A stretch of 64,000 nucleotides of DNA from Occultella glacieicola (GTDB lineage: Bacteria > Actinomycetota > Actinomycetes > Actinomycetales > Beutenbergiaceae): the NCBI RefSeq assembly GCF_004353825.1, contig NZ_SMNA01000002.1, positions 372,001 to 436,000 on the forward strand, written 5' to 3'. Both the position numbers and the translations under genes were made by a program. Below the pieces are notes generated by a model, which made no database searches, was not told the origin of the DNA, and was given only the letters and a program-made list of their open reading frames with translations. Shown one piece after another: positions 10,343-22,400 of the stretch; position 1 is the first letter of the stretch, and every line of letters begins with the position of its first letter.

Positions 10343-11107
10343 ATGGCACGCAGGGCCAAGGACGAGCGAACCGGCGAGCAGGGCTCGAGCATCCCGGAGC
10401 GACTGATCGACACGGCCGTCACCGTGCCGGCCGGGCGGGTGCACGCGTACGTCGACGGCCTGCGGCGCAAGGACCCGAGCGCCTCCCCGGCCGAACTCAT
10501 CACCCTCCTCGAGAAGCGCTACCTGCTCGCGGTCAGCGGCTCCGGGGCCGCCGTCGGTGCGGCCGCCGCGTTCCCGGTGGTCGGCACCACCGCCGCGGTC
10601 GCCCTCACCGCGGGTCAGGTCGGGATGTTCCTGGCCGCCTCGAGCGCGCTCACCCTCGCGGTGGCCGACGTGCACGGGATCGGTGTCGACGACATACACC
10701 GGCGGCGGGCGCTGCTGATGAGCTCGCTCCTCGGGGAGGAGGGGCCCAAGCTGTTCGAGCAGCAACTCGGGCTGAGCTCGATCACCTGGGCGAAGGTGCT
10801 GCTCACGCGGCTGCCGGTGGCGACCGTCAAGAGCGTCAACAAGGCCCTGCGCGGGCGCGTCGTGAAGGTGGCCGCCGCCAAGGGCGGGTCGATCATGCTC
10901 GGGCGGCTGCTGCCGTTCGGGGTCGGCGCCGTGGTCGGCTTCGCCGGTGGTCGACTGATGGGCCGGACGATGATCGAGGGCACCCGCGAGTCGTTCGGCC
11001 CGGCCCCGGACCACTTCACCCGTGAGGTGGAGGGCACCGCGGTCACGCTCGGGGAGGACGATCTGTTCAAGGAGCCGTTGCCGAAGGGCAGCGGCACCGA
11101 GTCCTGA
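10343..11107 (+). CDS. Conserved hypothetical protein (EcsC-like membrane-associated)
   Basis: GAGGAGG RBS; GAAVGAAAAFPVVG and GRLLPFGVGAVVG segments. Confidence 0.7.
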   Translation: MARRAKDERTGEQGSSIPERLIDTAVTVPAGRVHAYVDGLRRKDPSASPAELITLLEKRYLLAVSGSGAAVGAAAAFPVVGTTAAVALTAGQVGMFLAASSALTLAVADVHGIGVDDIHRRRALLMSSLLGEEGPKLFEQQLGLSSITWAKVLLTRLPVATVKSVNKALRGRVVKVAAAKGGSIMLGRLLPFGVGAVVGFAGGRLMGRTMIEGTRESFGPAPDHFTREVEGTAVTLGEDDLFKEPLPKGSGTES

Positions 11108-11192
11108 CGCGTCCACTCCGGGGCCGACCCTGATCCGCGCCGGCGGGTGTCGCGGCACCGCCGTCGCGGCCGCGCCGACCTAGACTTACCCC

Positions 11193-11990
11193 ATGCCGGA
11201 CACCCAGTATGAGGAACTGCTCGCCCACGTCCTGGCCACCGGGGCCGCCAAGGACGACCGCACCGGCACCGGCACCCGCTCCGTGTTCGGTCACCAACTG
11301 CGCTACGACCTGTCCCGGGGGTTCCCGCTGGTCACCACCAAGCGGGTGCACCTGAAGTCGATCGTGCACGAGCTCGTCTGGTTCCTGCGCGGCGACTCCA
11401 ACGTGGCCTACCTGCGTGAGAACGGCGTCCGGATCTGGGACGAGTGGGCTGATGGCGACGGCGAGCTCGGGCCCGTCTACGGCGTCCAGTGGCGCTCGTG
11501 GCCGACCCCCGACGGCGGCCACATCGACCAGATCGCCCACGTGCTCACCCAACTGCGCCAGACCCCGGACAGCCGCCGCATCATCGTGTCCGCGTGGAAC
11601 GTCGCCGAGCTCGACAAGATGGCGCTCGCGCCGTGTCACGCGTTCTTCCAGTTCTACGTGGCCGACGGGCGCCTGTCCTGTCAGCTGTACCAGCGCAGCG
11701 CCGACCTCTTCCTCGGGGTGCCGTTCAACATCGCCTCCTACGCGCTGCTCACGCACATGGTCGCCCAGCAGGTCGGCCTCGAGGTCGGCGACTTCATCTG
11801 GACCGGCGGCGACTGCCACATCTACGACAACCACGTCGACCAGGTCCGCGAGCAGTTGACCCGGGAGCCGTACGAGTTCCCGACGCTGAAGCTGCGGGCG
11901 GCCCCGAGCCTGTTCGAGTACGGCTACGACGACGTGGAGGTGGTCGGCTACGCCCACCACCCCACGATCAAAGCGCCGATCGCCGTCTGA
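11193..11990 (+). CDS. thyA: Thymidylate synthase
   Basis: [36 protein letters not shown]. Confidence 0.98.
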   Translation: MPDTQYEELLAHVLATGAAKDDRTGTGTRSVFGHQLRYDLSRGFPLVTTKRVHLKSIVHELVWFLRGDSNVAYLRENGVRIWDEWADGDGELGPVYGVQWRSWPTPDGGHIDQIAHVLTQLRQTPDSRRIIVSAWNVAELDKMALAPCHAFFQFYVADGRLSCQLYQRSADLFLGVPFNIASYALLTHMVAQQVGLEVGDFIWTGGDCHIYDNHVDQVREQLTREPYEFPTLKLRAAPSLFEYGYDDVEVVGYAHHPTIKAPIAV

Positions 11991-12003
11991 GCCGGCCGCC
12001 GTC

Positions 12004-12486
12004 ATGCTCGGGATGATCTGGGCCCAGGCCCACGGCCGCGTGATCGGCCGCGACAACGACCTGCCCTGGCGGCTGCCGGAGGACCTGGCCCACTTCCGGA
12101 GCACGACGGCGGGGGACGCCGTGGTCATGGGCCGCCGCCAGTGGGAGTCGCTGCCCGAGCGGTTCCGGCCGTTGCCCGGCCGGCGGAACGTGGTGCTCAG
12201 CCGGGACCCCGACTATGTGGCCGACGGCGCCGAGCTGGCCACCACGCTGGGGGATGCCCTGGCCCTCGTCGCCGACGAGGACGCCTGGATCTGCGGGGGC
12301 GGCGAGGTCTACTCGCTGGCTCTCCCGCACGCGGACGTTCTGGTCGTCACCGAGATCGACCTGGCCGTCGACGGGGACACCTTCGCACCGCCGATCGGGG
12401 CCGAGTGGGAGGTCACGGACGACGGGCCGTGGCGCACCGGCGCCGGCGGGCTCCGGTACCGGATCCTGACCTACTCCCGCCGGTGA
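12004..12486 (+). CDS. folA: Dihydrofolate reductase
   Basis: VIG...[44 protein letters not shown]; directly after thyA. Confidence 0.96.
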   Translation: MLGMIWAQAHGRVIGRDNDLPWRLPEDLAHFRSTTAGDAVVMGRRQWESLPERFRPLPGRRNVVLSRDPDYVADGAELATTLGDALALVADEDAWICGGGEVYSLALPHADVLVVTEIDLAVDGDTFAPPIGAEWEVTDDGPWRTGAGGLRYRILTYSRR

Positions 12487-12524
12487 ACGTGATGGCGGAC
12501 ACACCTGGGTAGGCTGCTCGGACG

Positions 12525-13355
12525 ATGACTGCAGCACGCGGCCGCGGGGCCGGCGACGACGCGGGCCCGGGGCACGCCCGGCCCGCAGACCCACGGCGGC
12601 CGATCGTCGCCGCCGGGCGCACCGCCGTGGTCGCGGCCATCTGCCTGTTCGCGGTGCTCGCGGCCACCGCCGTCGGTCCGTGGGAGATCACCGAACGGTG
12701 GCAGGTCGGCGACCTCGGCACCGGCGAGGCGCCCACCGTCCCCGCCTCGGAGCAGCCGACACCCGACGAGACGCCCACCCTGCCCGAGTTCCTCGAGGAC
12801 CTGCCGGTCCCGGACCTGAGCTGGCTCGGTCTGGTCGCGGGGCTCGTGGTCGCCGTCATCATCATCGCGCTCCTCATGCGTTACCTCGCCTACCTGCGCC
12901 GACCCCTCGAGGACGAACCGGACGCCCAGGGAAGACTCGTCGGCGGTGACGTCGCCGACGTCGATCCGGACCTGCCCGTGCTCGAGCAGGGCGTCAGCGC
13001 GGCGCTGGCGCACCTCGACCAGATCCGGGAGCCGCGGGACGCCATCGTGGCCGCCTGGCTCGCTCTCGAGGACGCCGCGGCCGGCTCCGGTGTGGTCCGG
13101 CAACCCGCGCAGACGCCCACCGAGTTCACCGCCGGGGTCCTGGACCGGACCGAGGCGGACCCGCGGGCGACCGCCACCCTGCTCGGGCTCTACCACCGGG
13201 CCAGGTTCTCGAGCGCAACGGTCACCGCCGAGGACGTCGCGACCGCTGCGACCTGCCTCGCGGACCTGGCCCGTAGTTGGACGGCGCTGCGGGCTGCGGT
13301 CGCCACCGAGGTGCGGCCCGGGCCGGGCCCCGACCGCGAGGAGGGCAGCCGGTGA
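12525..13355 (+). CDS. DUF4129 domain membrane protein
   Basis: Two TM segments, then AIVAAWLALE...TPTEF...LYHRARFS; first gene of the MoxR operon. Confidence 0.8.
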   Translation: MTAARGRGAGDDAGPGHARPADPRRPIVAAGRTAVVAAICLFAVLAATAVGPWEITERWQVGDLGTGEAPTVPASEQPTPDETPTLPEFLEDLPVPDLSWLGLVAGLVVAVIIIALLMRYLAYLRRPLEDEPDAQGRLVGGDVADVDPDLPVLEQGVSAALAHLDQIREPRDAIVAAWLALEDAAAGSGVVRQPAQTPTEFTAGVLDRTEADPRATATLLGLYHRARFSSATVTAEDVATAATCLADLARSWTALRAAVATEVRPGPGPDREEGSR

Positions 13356-13845
13356 GCACCCACCCCGACGAACGCCGGCGCCGCTGGTGGGTCTGGCCCG
13401 TCGTGGTCGGGACCGGGGCCCCGATCCTCGCGTTCACGATCGGGCTCGACGTCGCTCACTCGCTCATGATCGGCCTCGGCGTGGCCGTCGTGGTTGCGGG
13501 TAGCCGGGTGATCGGCCTGGGAGATCAGGCCGTGTGGCCACGGCTGCCGTTCGGGCGCCGCGACGGTGCCCGACGGGACGTCTCCAGCCTGTCCTGGTCG
13601 CTGTACGGGCAGCAGCACGAACTGACCGGCTCCGGACGGCGGCGGCTGCGCCGGGTCTGCCTGGACACCCTCGAACTCGGCGACATCCGGCTCGACACGC
13701 CCGAGGGCGTCCGCGCCGCCGAGGACCTGCTCGGCCGGCCCGTCACCGAATTCCTGCTCGATGAGGACCGGCCCGCCCCCGACCTGCGCGGCGTCCACCG
13801 CACCCTGACCGCCCTGACCAAAGTCCCGCTACGAAAGGCCCATCG

Positions 13846-13849
<4 letters not shown>
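13352..13849 (+). CDS. Hypothetical membrane protein
   Basis: GTGA overlap with the upstream stop and ATGA overlap with moxR; two N-terminal TM helices. Confidence 0.75.
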
Positions 13850-14858
<1,009 letters not shown>

Positions 14859-14862
<4 letters not shown>

Positions 14863-16277
14863 GCCCTGTGAGCCCTGTGAGCCCAGCGGGCTCATCGACC
14901 CCGGCGAGCCCGACCGGCTACCCGTGGCGGTCGGGGGTGCAGTCGATCGCAGCGGCCGTCATCGGGGCGGGTGCCCTCGCCCTGGGCGTCATCGGGTCAA
15001 GGCCCGACGTTGCCGTGCTGGGCCTGCCGTTCGTGCTCGGTTTCGCCTGGGCCTGGTTCACCAGACCCGAGGCGGGCCCGCACCAGGACCTGCGCCAGGG
15101 CGCCCACCGCCCGACGGCGGGCACCGACACCGACGACGCGGCATCCGGGCCCTCGATCGGGAACGTCGCCGCCGACCTCACGCTCGACCCGGAGCCGGGC
15201 GCCGAGGTGGTCCGGGTCCGCGTGACGAGCCAGGGACATCGGCAGGGGCAGGCCCTCATCGACGTCGGCGGCGGGTCCCGAACGGTCCGGATGCACCTGG
15301 AGACCGCACGGACCGGGGTCCAGCCGATGTTCCGCACCGACCTGGTGTGGTCCTCCTACGACGAGACCCTGATCGCCGGCCCGGTCCGACTCGGACCGCT
15401 GCGGGTGACCGTGTACCCCACCGCGGTCCCGCTGCGCCGGCTCCCGTTGCCCCGCAGGCTGCAGGGTCTGACCGGACCCCACACGTCGCGGCGGGTGGGC
15501 GACGGCACCGACCTGCACGACGTGAACCTGTTCACCCCGGGTGACCGGCTGCGGCGCATCGACTGGCGGGTCAGCGCCCGCCGGTCGCTGGACGTGACCA
15601 CGGGGCGGCTCGGCGAGCTGTACGTGCGGCGCACGTTCGCCACCGCCGACGCGACCGTGATGCTCGTCGTGGACTCACGTGACAACGTCGGCCCGGACGT
15701 CGACACCTGGGGCGGCGGCAAGGAGGCCCGGGTGGACGAGCCCACCTCCCTGGACCTGGCCCGCGAGGCCGCGACGTCACTGGCGAAGCGCTATCTCGAC
15801 GGCGGCGACCGGGTCGGGCTGGACGACCTCGGGCTGCGACGACGGCCCGTGGCACCCGCGGGCGGGCGCAAGCAATGGGACCGGATCACCCAGCGGCTCG
15901 CGACGATCGCCCCCGAGGGTTCACCGACGCCGCGCGAACGTGCCCCGCAGGTGTCCGCCGCGGCGCTGGTGGTGGTGTTCTCCACGTTCCTCGACGACGA
16001 GGCGGCCCGGATGGCCCAGCAGTGGCACGCCCAGGCGCACCGGGTGATCGCCGTCGACGTGTTGCCCGAGGTCCGGGTGCAGCACCTCGACACCTATCAG
16101 CAGACCGCCTACTCCCTGGTCCGCCTCGAACGTGGGATCCGGCTCGAGCGACTGCGCCGCGCCGGCGTCGAGGTGGTGCACTGGGTCGGTGACCCGGACG
16201 GCCACGGTTCGCCGACCCCCGCGGACGTGGACCTGCTGGTGCTGTCCCGTCCCGGGCACCGGATGCGGACCCGATGA
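14859..16277 (+). CDS. DUF58 domain protein (vWA-related MoxR partner)
   Basis: GDGTDLHDV...PGDRLRRIDWRVSAR; N-terminal TM; start ambiguous (TTG 14859, GTG 14868, GTG 14877). Confidence 0.85.
14860..14884 (+). repeat. Tandem 9-mer TGAGCCCTG, about 2.8 copies
   Basis: Directly visible at the moxR/DUF58 junction. Confidence 0.85.
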
Positions 16278-17053
16278 GCACCGCCCGTCCCGCCGGTCGT
16301 GCTCGGGACTGGATGTTCGGGTGGGACGTGAACACGCCTCGCGAGCGTCCGTTGCCGCCGGTGGAGATCGACGTGGACCGCTGGGTGCCCGCATGGGCCG
16401 TCCGGGTGGTCGCGGGGGTGCTCGTCCTCGCCGCAGGGGCGATGCTCCTCACGGACCCGATCGCGATCGCGGTGGCCGCGGCCCTCGGCGTCGGCGTCGC
16501 CGTCGGCCCGCAGGGGACGATCCCGCTGATCGCGCTGGCGGCAGCAATCGCGGCGTTCGCCGGTGGCGCACCCTCCCCCGGCGTCGGTGCCGGCCTGCTC
16601 GTCTGCCTGCACGCCATGCACTACCTCAGCCGCCGGGTCGCCGGGCTGTCCCCGCAGGCCCGGGTGGAGCTGGCCGCTCTGCGCCGGGGGCTCCTGCCCG
16701 CCGTGGCGGTCCAGGCCTTCGCGCAGGCCGTCGGCGTGGTCGTCTGGCTGGTGCCCGGTCCGTCGTCACCGTTCACCTGGCTGGCCGTGCTCGCCCTTTT
16801 GGCGATCACAGCGCTCGTCGTGGTGGGGATCCGGTCGGTGCGCGCCGCCGAAACCGGCCCAGGCCCGGACAGGGCCCGACAGGCACGACAGGCACGACAG
16901 GCACGACAGGCCCGGCGGGCCGGACCGGCTCGACACACCGACTCCGCACCCCCGGGCCCGCCCGGGGGCGGCACCCCCGCCGACCCTCCGGGGGGCGACA
17001 CCCCGCCCGATCCCCCACCACCGACCTGGCGCTCCGTGAACCCGGACGCCTGA
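16274..17053 (+). CDS. Hypothetical membrane protein with Pro/Gly-rich tail
   Basis: ATGA overlap with the DUF58 stop; multiple TM segments; RQA repeats. Confidence 0.75.
   Translation: MSTARPAGRARDWMFGWDVNTPRERPLPPVEIDVDRWVPAWAVRVVAGVLVLAAGAMLLTDPIAIAVAAALGVGVAVGPQGTIPLIALAAAIAAFAGGAPSPGVGAGLLVCLHAMHYLSRRVAGLSPQARVELAALRRGLLPAVAVQAFAQAVGVVVWLVPGPSSPFTWLAVLALLAITALVVVGIRSVRAAETGPGPDRARQARQARQARQARRAGPARHTDSAPPGPPGGGTPADPPGGDTPPDPPPPTWRSVNPDA
16877..16911 (+). repeat. Tandem 9-mer CGACAGGCA, about 3.9 copies (encodes RQA repeats)
   Basis: Directly visible. Confidence 0.9.
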
Positions 17054-17126
17054 ACCCACGGCGCGGCGCGCACCCACGCCGCCAGCACTCCCCGTCACCA
17101 CCTCCACCCCGATCAGGAGCATCCCG

Positions 17127-18383
17127 ATGGTCACCCGACGCGCCGCCGAACCCGGCACCACCTGGGCCGGTACCCACACCTATGCGGCAGCGAACCTGTA
17201 CACCCCGGACACCCTCGACGAGGCCCGGCGCATCGTCGCGGGCTCGACCCACATCCGGGCGCTCGGCAGCCGGCACTCCTTCCACGACCTGGCCGACTCC
17301 CCGGGCGACCTGATCAGCATGGACCGGCTCGACCCGGACCTCCGCATCGACGCCGAGGCCCGGACCGTCACCTTCGGGGCGGCCGTGCGCTACGGCGACC
17401 TCGCGACCGCCCTCGACGAAGCCGGCTGGGCGCTCGGCGCGATGGCCTCGCTCCCGCACATCTCCGTGGCGGGAGCCACCGCCACGGCGACCCATGGCTC
17501 CGGTGACCGGACCGGGAACCTGGCCTCCGCCGTCGTCGCTCTGGAACTGATCACCGCCGACGGTGAGCTGCTCACGCTGCGCCGCGGCGATCCGGACTTC
17601 CCAGGCGCCGTGGTGCATCTCGGCGCCCTGGGCGTCGTCACCCGGATCACGTTGGCCCTCGAGCCGCGCTACCAGGTGCGGCAGTGGGTGCGGCGTGAGG
17701 TGCCGTGGGAGGACCTGCTCGGCGACTTCGATGCGATCACCTCTGCCGCGCAGAGCGTGAGCGTGTTCACGCGGTTCGCCGAGATCGCCGGCCGGGTCTG
17801 GATGAAGAGCCGCGAGGAGACCGAGCCGGACGTCCCGTGGGGGGTGCGAGCCGCCGTCGAGCAGCACCCGATCGACGGGCTCGACCCGGTCAACTGCACC
17901 GACCAGCTCGGCCGGCCCGGCCCGTGGTACGACCGGCTGCCGCACTTCCGGATGGGCTTCACGCCGAGCGTGGGCGCCGAGATCCAGAGCGAGTACCTCG
18001 TGCCCCGGGCCCACGCCGTCGCCGCGATCACTGCCATGCGTGGCCTCGATGAGCAGCTGGCGCCGGTGCTGCAGGTCTCCGAGATCCGCACCATCGCCGG
18101 CGACGACCTGTGGCTCAGCAGCACCGAGGGCGGGGACCGGGTGGCGTTCCACCTCACGTTCGCGCGGGAGCCGGACGCGGTGAGGGCGCTGCTCCCCCGG
18201 ATCGAGGACGCCCTCGACCCGTTCGACGCCCGCCCGCACTGGGGGAAGTGGTTCACGACGTCCCCCGAGCGGCTGGCCGCCCTCTACCCGCGGCTGGGTG
18301 ACTTCGTCGACCTCGCCGGCAGGCTCGACCCGCACGGGTGCTTCCGCAACGACTACCTCGACCGGACGGTGCTGCCCCGCTGA
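17127..18383 (+). CDS. FAD-linked alditol/xylitol oxidase (ALO family)
   Basis: TWAG N-terminus, covalent-FAD motif GSRHSF, ASLPHISVAGATATATHGSG, C-terminal RPHWGK. Confidence 0.9.
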   Translation: MVTRRAAEPGTTWAGTHTYAAANLYTPDTLDEARRIVAGSTHIRALGSRHSFHDLADSPGDLISMDRLDPDLRIDAEARTVTFGAAVRYGDLATALDEAGWALGAMASLPHISVAGATATATHGSGDRTGNLASAVVALELITADGELLTLRRGDPDFPGAVVHLGALGVVTRITLALEPRYQVRQWVRREVPWEDLLGDFDAITSAAQSVSVFTRFAEIAGRVWMKSREETEPDVPWGVRAAVEQHPIDGLDPVNCTDQLGRPGPWYDRLPHFRMGFTPSVGAEIQSEYLVPRAHAVAAITAMRGLDEQLAPVLQVSEIRTIAGDDLWLSSTEGGDRVAFHLTFAREPDAVRALLPRIEDALDPFDARPHWGKWFTTSPERLAALYPRLGDFVDLAGRLDPHGCFRNDYLDRTVLPR

Positions 18384-18470
18384 TCCGGACGCCCAAAACC
18401 GCCCTACCCCGAGCGACACGGGATTACCCTGAGGATCACGAACGCAGGGGCAGTCAGCAACGAGGTTGAG

Positions 18471-18596
18471 ATGTCACCCAGGATCGAGCCGAAGCAGCAA
18501 CACACGAACGACGACGACCCCGCGGGTCAGCCGCCGCTCGGCGAGGTCACGAACCCGTACACGGTTCCGCACGAGGACGAGCCCGAGAGCTCCTGA
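18471..18596 (+). CDS. Putative 41-aa acidic small protein
   Basis: MSPRIEPKQQHTNDDDPAGQPPLGEVTNPYTVPHEDEPESS*; GAGG upstream, GC3-rich codons, hairpin downstream; below the ORF-track cutoff. Confidence 0.5.
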   Translation: MSPRIEPKQQHTNDDDPAGQPPLGEVTNPYTVPHEDEPESS

Positions 18597-18605
18597 CCGG
18601 GCGCC

Positions 18606-18647
18606 GGCCCGCGCGAGCCGCCTGACGGGGGCGCGCTCACGCGGGCC
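18606..18647. terminator. Imperfect GC-rich hairpin between convergent genes
   Basis: GGCCCGCGCGAGC ... GCTCACGCGGGCC inverted repeat. Confidence 0.45.
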
Positions 18648-18664
18648 ACGCTCCGGGCCGCGGG

Positions 18665-19210
18665 TCAGCCGGCCGGAGCGACCCAGATGCTGGCCGGGGC
18701 GCCGCTGAGGGTCTCGTTGCCCGACGGGTCACCGACCCGCTGCAGATGCGGGGTCGCACCCTCGCTCGTGGCGACGCCGCGCGCCCGCGCCGCCTCGACG
18801 ATCCGCTCCCGGAACTTCGCCCAGTCCCCACCACCCTGCGGGAACTGCTGGAACTCGATCGTCTTCACCACGGCGAGGCGCACCCCGCCCGGGATGTCGG
18901 TCAGGCGCAGGTGGACGTCGTCCCGGTCCGCGAACGTCACGTGCCAGCGACCCGGCCCGACGGCGGTCGCCTTCTTCGGCTTGACGGTCACCGCCGCGTT
19001 GATCACCTCGGTCGCCGTGTCGGCGTCCGTCTGCAGATCGAGCGTGGTGGACAGCGCGTCGAGCGCCGCCGGTAGCCGCTTCGCGGCGAAGGCCTTCCCG
19101 GCGTCCTCGCCGGCCTTCTGCGCCCGGCTCGTGAGCAGCCCCTTCCACAGGGGCGAGGCGAGCAGCACGATCACGAGCAGTGCGATGCCGATGAGTTGCC
19201 AGGTTTCCAC
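18665..19210 (-). CDS. Hypothetical protein with N-terminal membrane anchor
   Basis: METWQLIGIALLVIVLLASP; AGGAGAGGA RBS; GC3-biased codons. Confidence 0.75.
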   Translation of the reverse strand: METWQLIGIALLVIVLLASPLWKGLLTSRAQKAGEDAGKAFAAKRLPAALDALSTTLDLQTDADTATEVINAAVTVKPKKATAVGPGRWHVTFADRDDVHLRLTDIPGGVRLAVVKTIEFQQFPQGGGDWAKFRERIVEAARARGVATSEGATPHLQRVGDPSGNETLSGAPASIWVAPAG

Positions 19211-19242
19211 GCGATTCCTCTCCTGAGCAGCGGGCAGACAGC

Positions 19243-19280
19243 ACTCAGGCCCGGAACCCTGCTGGGTTCCGGGCCTGAGT
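19243..19280 (-). terminator. Intrinsic terminator hairpin downstream of tRNA-fMet
   Basis: Perfect 17-bp stem ACTCAGGCCCGGAACCC / GGGTTCCGGGCCTGAGT with a 4-nt loop. Confidence 0.85.
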
Positions 19281-19286
19281 TCTTTG

Positions 19287-19360
19287 TGGCGGGGGCAGGA
19301 TTTGAACCTGCGACCTCCGGGTTATGAGCCCGGCGAGCTACCGAACTGCTCCACCCCGCG
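19287..19360 (-). tRNA. tRNA-Met (CAT), initiator type; CCA not encoded
   Basis: CGCGGGGTGGAGCAGTTCGGTAGCTCGCCGGGCTCATAACCCGGAGGTCGCAGGTTCAAATCCTGCCCCCGCCA; unpaired C1, GGG/CCC in the anticodon stem, GGTTCAAATCC T-arm. Confidence 0.97.
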
Positions 19361-19372
19361 TCGGTGAACATA

Positions 19373-19401
19373 ACCTTACGGGTCCGTTTCCGCTGGGGCA
19401 A
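19373..19401 (-). promoter_or_regulatory. Housekeeping sigma promoter of the tRNA
   Basis: TTGCCC-N17-TAAGGT ending 12 nt upstream of the tRNA. Confidence 0.7.
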
Positions 19402-19447
19402 ATCCGCTCGGCGTGGCGCCGGTCACACCGACGCCACGCCCGCGCGT

Positions 19448-22400
19448 TCAGCCCGTGGTCTCGGCGTCGGTCGGTTCCTCGGTGGCGCCGTCGGCCGGCG
19501 GCGTGGTCCCGGCCAGCTCCTGCTCGGCGGCCACCGCGTCGGCGATCGCCTCCTCGAGCCGGGTCTGGGCCTCCCCGTACGCGGCCCAGTCACCGCTCGC
19601 GAGCGCCTCGTCGGAGTCCGCCAGGGCCGTGCCCGCCGCCGCCAGCGCATCGTTCAGCCGCTGCTGGGCGTCGGCGTCCGGCGTCTCGGTGCCGTCGCCG
19701 GTGCCGTCGCCACCGCCGGAGCCAGCGCCCTCGTCGGGTGCCGGGTCGACGTCGGCATCCCCCGCGTTCGCGCCGGAGTCGCCCTCGAACACCTGGTCGA
19801 GCGCCTGGTCGAGCGTCTGGGCGAACCCGATCTCGTCACCGAACGCCACCAGCACGCGGCGCAACAACGGGAACGACGTCCCGGTCGAGGACTGCACATA
19901 CACGGGCTGCACGTACAGCATGCCGCCACCGACCGGGAGGGTCAGCAGGTTGCCTCGGAAGACCTGGGAGCCTCCCCGCTCGAGGATGTTCAACTCATTG
20001 GCCGCGGCGGTGTCGGAGTTGAAGTTGTTCTGCACCTGACCGGGTCCGGGCACGGTCTGGTCCCGGGGCAACTCGAGCAAGGTGAGCGTGCCGTAGTCCT
20101 CGGCCACCTCCCCCGGGGTGTTGCCGGACTCGGCATTCACCGCCAGGAACCCGGTGAGCACGTTCCTGGTGTCGTCGTTGAGTATGAACGAGGAGGTCAG
20201 CGAGAACGACGCCTGCTCCTGTCCGGGCAACGCCATGGTCAGGTAGTACGGCGGCTGGGCCACCTCGCCCTCGCTGGCTGGGTCGTTCGGAACGCGCCAG
20301 AAGTCACCACCGGAGAAGAACGTCGCCGCGTCGGTCACGTGGTAGCGCGCGAGCAGCTCACGCTGGACCTTGAACATGTCCTCCGGGTAGCGCATGTGAC
20401 TCATCAGGTCGCCGCTGATCTCGGAGATCGGCTGGATCTTGCCGGGGAAGATCGCGTCCCAGGTGGCCAGGATCGGGTCCTCGGGGTCCCAGGCGTAGAG
20501 CGTGACGGATCCGTCGTAGGCGTTCACCACGGCCTTGACGGAGTTGCGGATGTAGTTGATGTACTCCGGCAGCGCCGCGACCGGCACCTCCCCGGACTCG
20601 CTGAGCGAGTCCGTGATCGCGGACTCGAGCTCCTGGCGGGCCGAGTACGGGTACTCGTTGGACGTGGTGTAGGCGTCGACGACCCAGACGACCTCCTTCG
20701 TGTCGTCGCCGTCGGTGTCCACGACGGCCGGGTAGGTGGAGCCCTCCAGGGTGAGGAACGGCGCCACCCGGGCGACCCGCTCCAGCGGGTCCCGGTTGTA
20801 GAGGATCTGGGACTCGGGGGTGACCCGGTCCGAGAACAGGATCTGCTCGCTGCCGAACCTGGCCGCGTACAGGGCCTGGTTCCAGATGTTGCCGATCGAC
20901 GGACCGCCCTCGCCGGTGAAGGTGTAGTTGACCTGACCGTTCGGGGCGCTGTCGTCCGGGTAGTCGAGTTCCCACGGAGTGGTGCCCTCGGGTGCCCCGA
21001 CGATCGAGTACTCCGGGGAGTTCGGGCTGAAGTAGATCCGCGGCTCGTACTCGCCGAGGTCACCGGTGCTCGGGATGCCCCCTTCGAAGAACGCCGGCCG
21101 GCCGTCCGAGGTGGTCGTGTTCCCATAGGCGGCGACGACGCCGAACCCGTGCGTGAACACCGTGTGGTCGTTGACCCAGTTGTTCTGACCCGAACCCTCC
21201 AGGTCCAGGTCCCGGACGGCGATCACGGTGTCCCGGCTCTCGCCGTCGATCGTGTACCGGTCGACCGAGAGGGTCTCGGGGAAGTTGTAGTACTGCCGGT
21301 TCTGCTGCAGCTGCCGGAACGTGGGTGAGACCACCTGCGGATCCAGCAGTCGGATACTTGCCGTGGACTCGGCGTCCTCCCGCAAGGCACCGGCGGTCGC
21401 GACCGTCTCGGCGCTGTACGGCTCGACCTGCACGTCGGTGAGTCCGAACGCCGCCCTGGTCGCCTCGATGTTGCGCTGGATGTACTCCGCTTCGAGGTTC
21501 TGCTCGTTCGGGCCGACCCGCACGCCCTGGATGATGGCCGGGTAGATGCCGCCCACGAGGATGGCCGAGACCACCATCAGGGACACCCCGACGGCGGGCA
21601 GGCGCCAGTTGCCGCGGACGCCGGTGTAGATGAACAGGACCGCGACGAAGACGGCGACTCCGGCGAGGATCGCCTTCGCGGGCAGCACGGCGTTGATGTC
21701 GGTGTAGGACGCACCGCTGAACCGCTCGCCGTCGTTGGACAGCAGCGAGTACCGGTCCAGCCAGTAGTTGATCGCGATCAGCAGCGTGAACACCGCGGCC
21801 AGGACCGCCACGTGGATCCGCGCCGGCCGGGAGATCTTCTCACCGCGCCCCATCGGCTGCAGCGCCCCGTAGAGGTAGTGCGTGAACACCGCGGCCACCG
21901 CGCAGAAGAACGTCGTCGTCATCAGGAAGGAAACGACGAACCGCAGGAACGGCAGGCTGAACATGTAGAAGGAGAGGTCGATGCCGAACTGCGGGTCGGC
22001 CGAGCCCCAGTCCTGACCGTTGACCGCCAGCAGCGCGGTCTGCCACTGGGTGCTCGCCGCCGAGCCCGCGAAGAAGCCGGCCAGGATCGGGCCGCCGATG
22101 AACGCGATCCGGCGCAGCGGCTCGAACGCCTCCCGGTACCGGTCCAGGTCCTGCTGCTGCTGGGTGGTCGGCACGTACATCGGCCGGTGCCGGTACGCCA
22201 GGAACAGGTTCAGCCAGATCGCGCCGCCCATCACCAGGCCGCCGGCGAGGAACAGCAGCGCCCGGGTGACCCACTCGGTCCGGATCACCTCGCTATAGCC
22301 GACCTGGTCGAACCAGAGCCACTCGGTCCAGAACCGGGCCAGGATCAGGAACGCGACCACGACCCCGACCAGGACCAGCAGGGTGGGCAGCAGCACGCCA

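Noticed and set aside
19243..19360. Possible integrative element at the tRNA-fMet
   Set aside because: No integrase, no duplicated tRNA 3' end, and no obvious composition shift in the window
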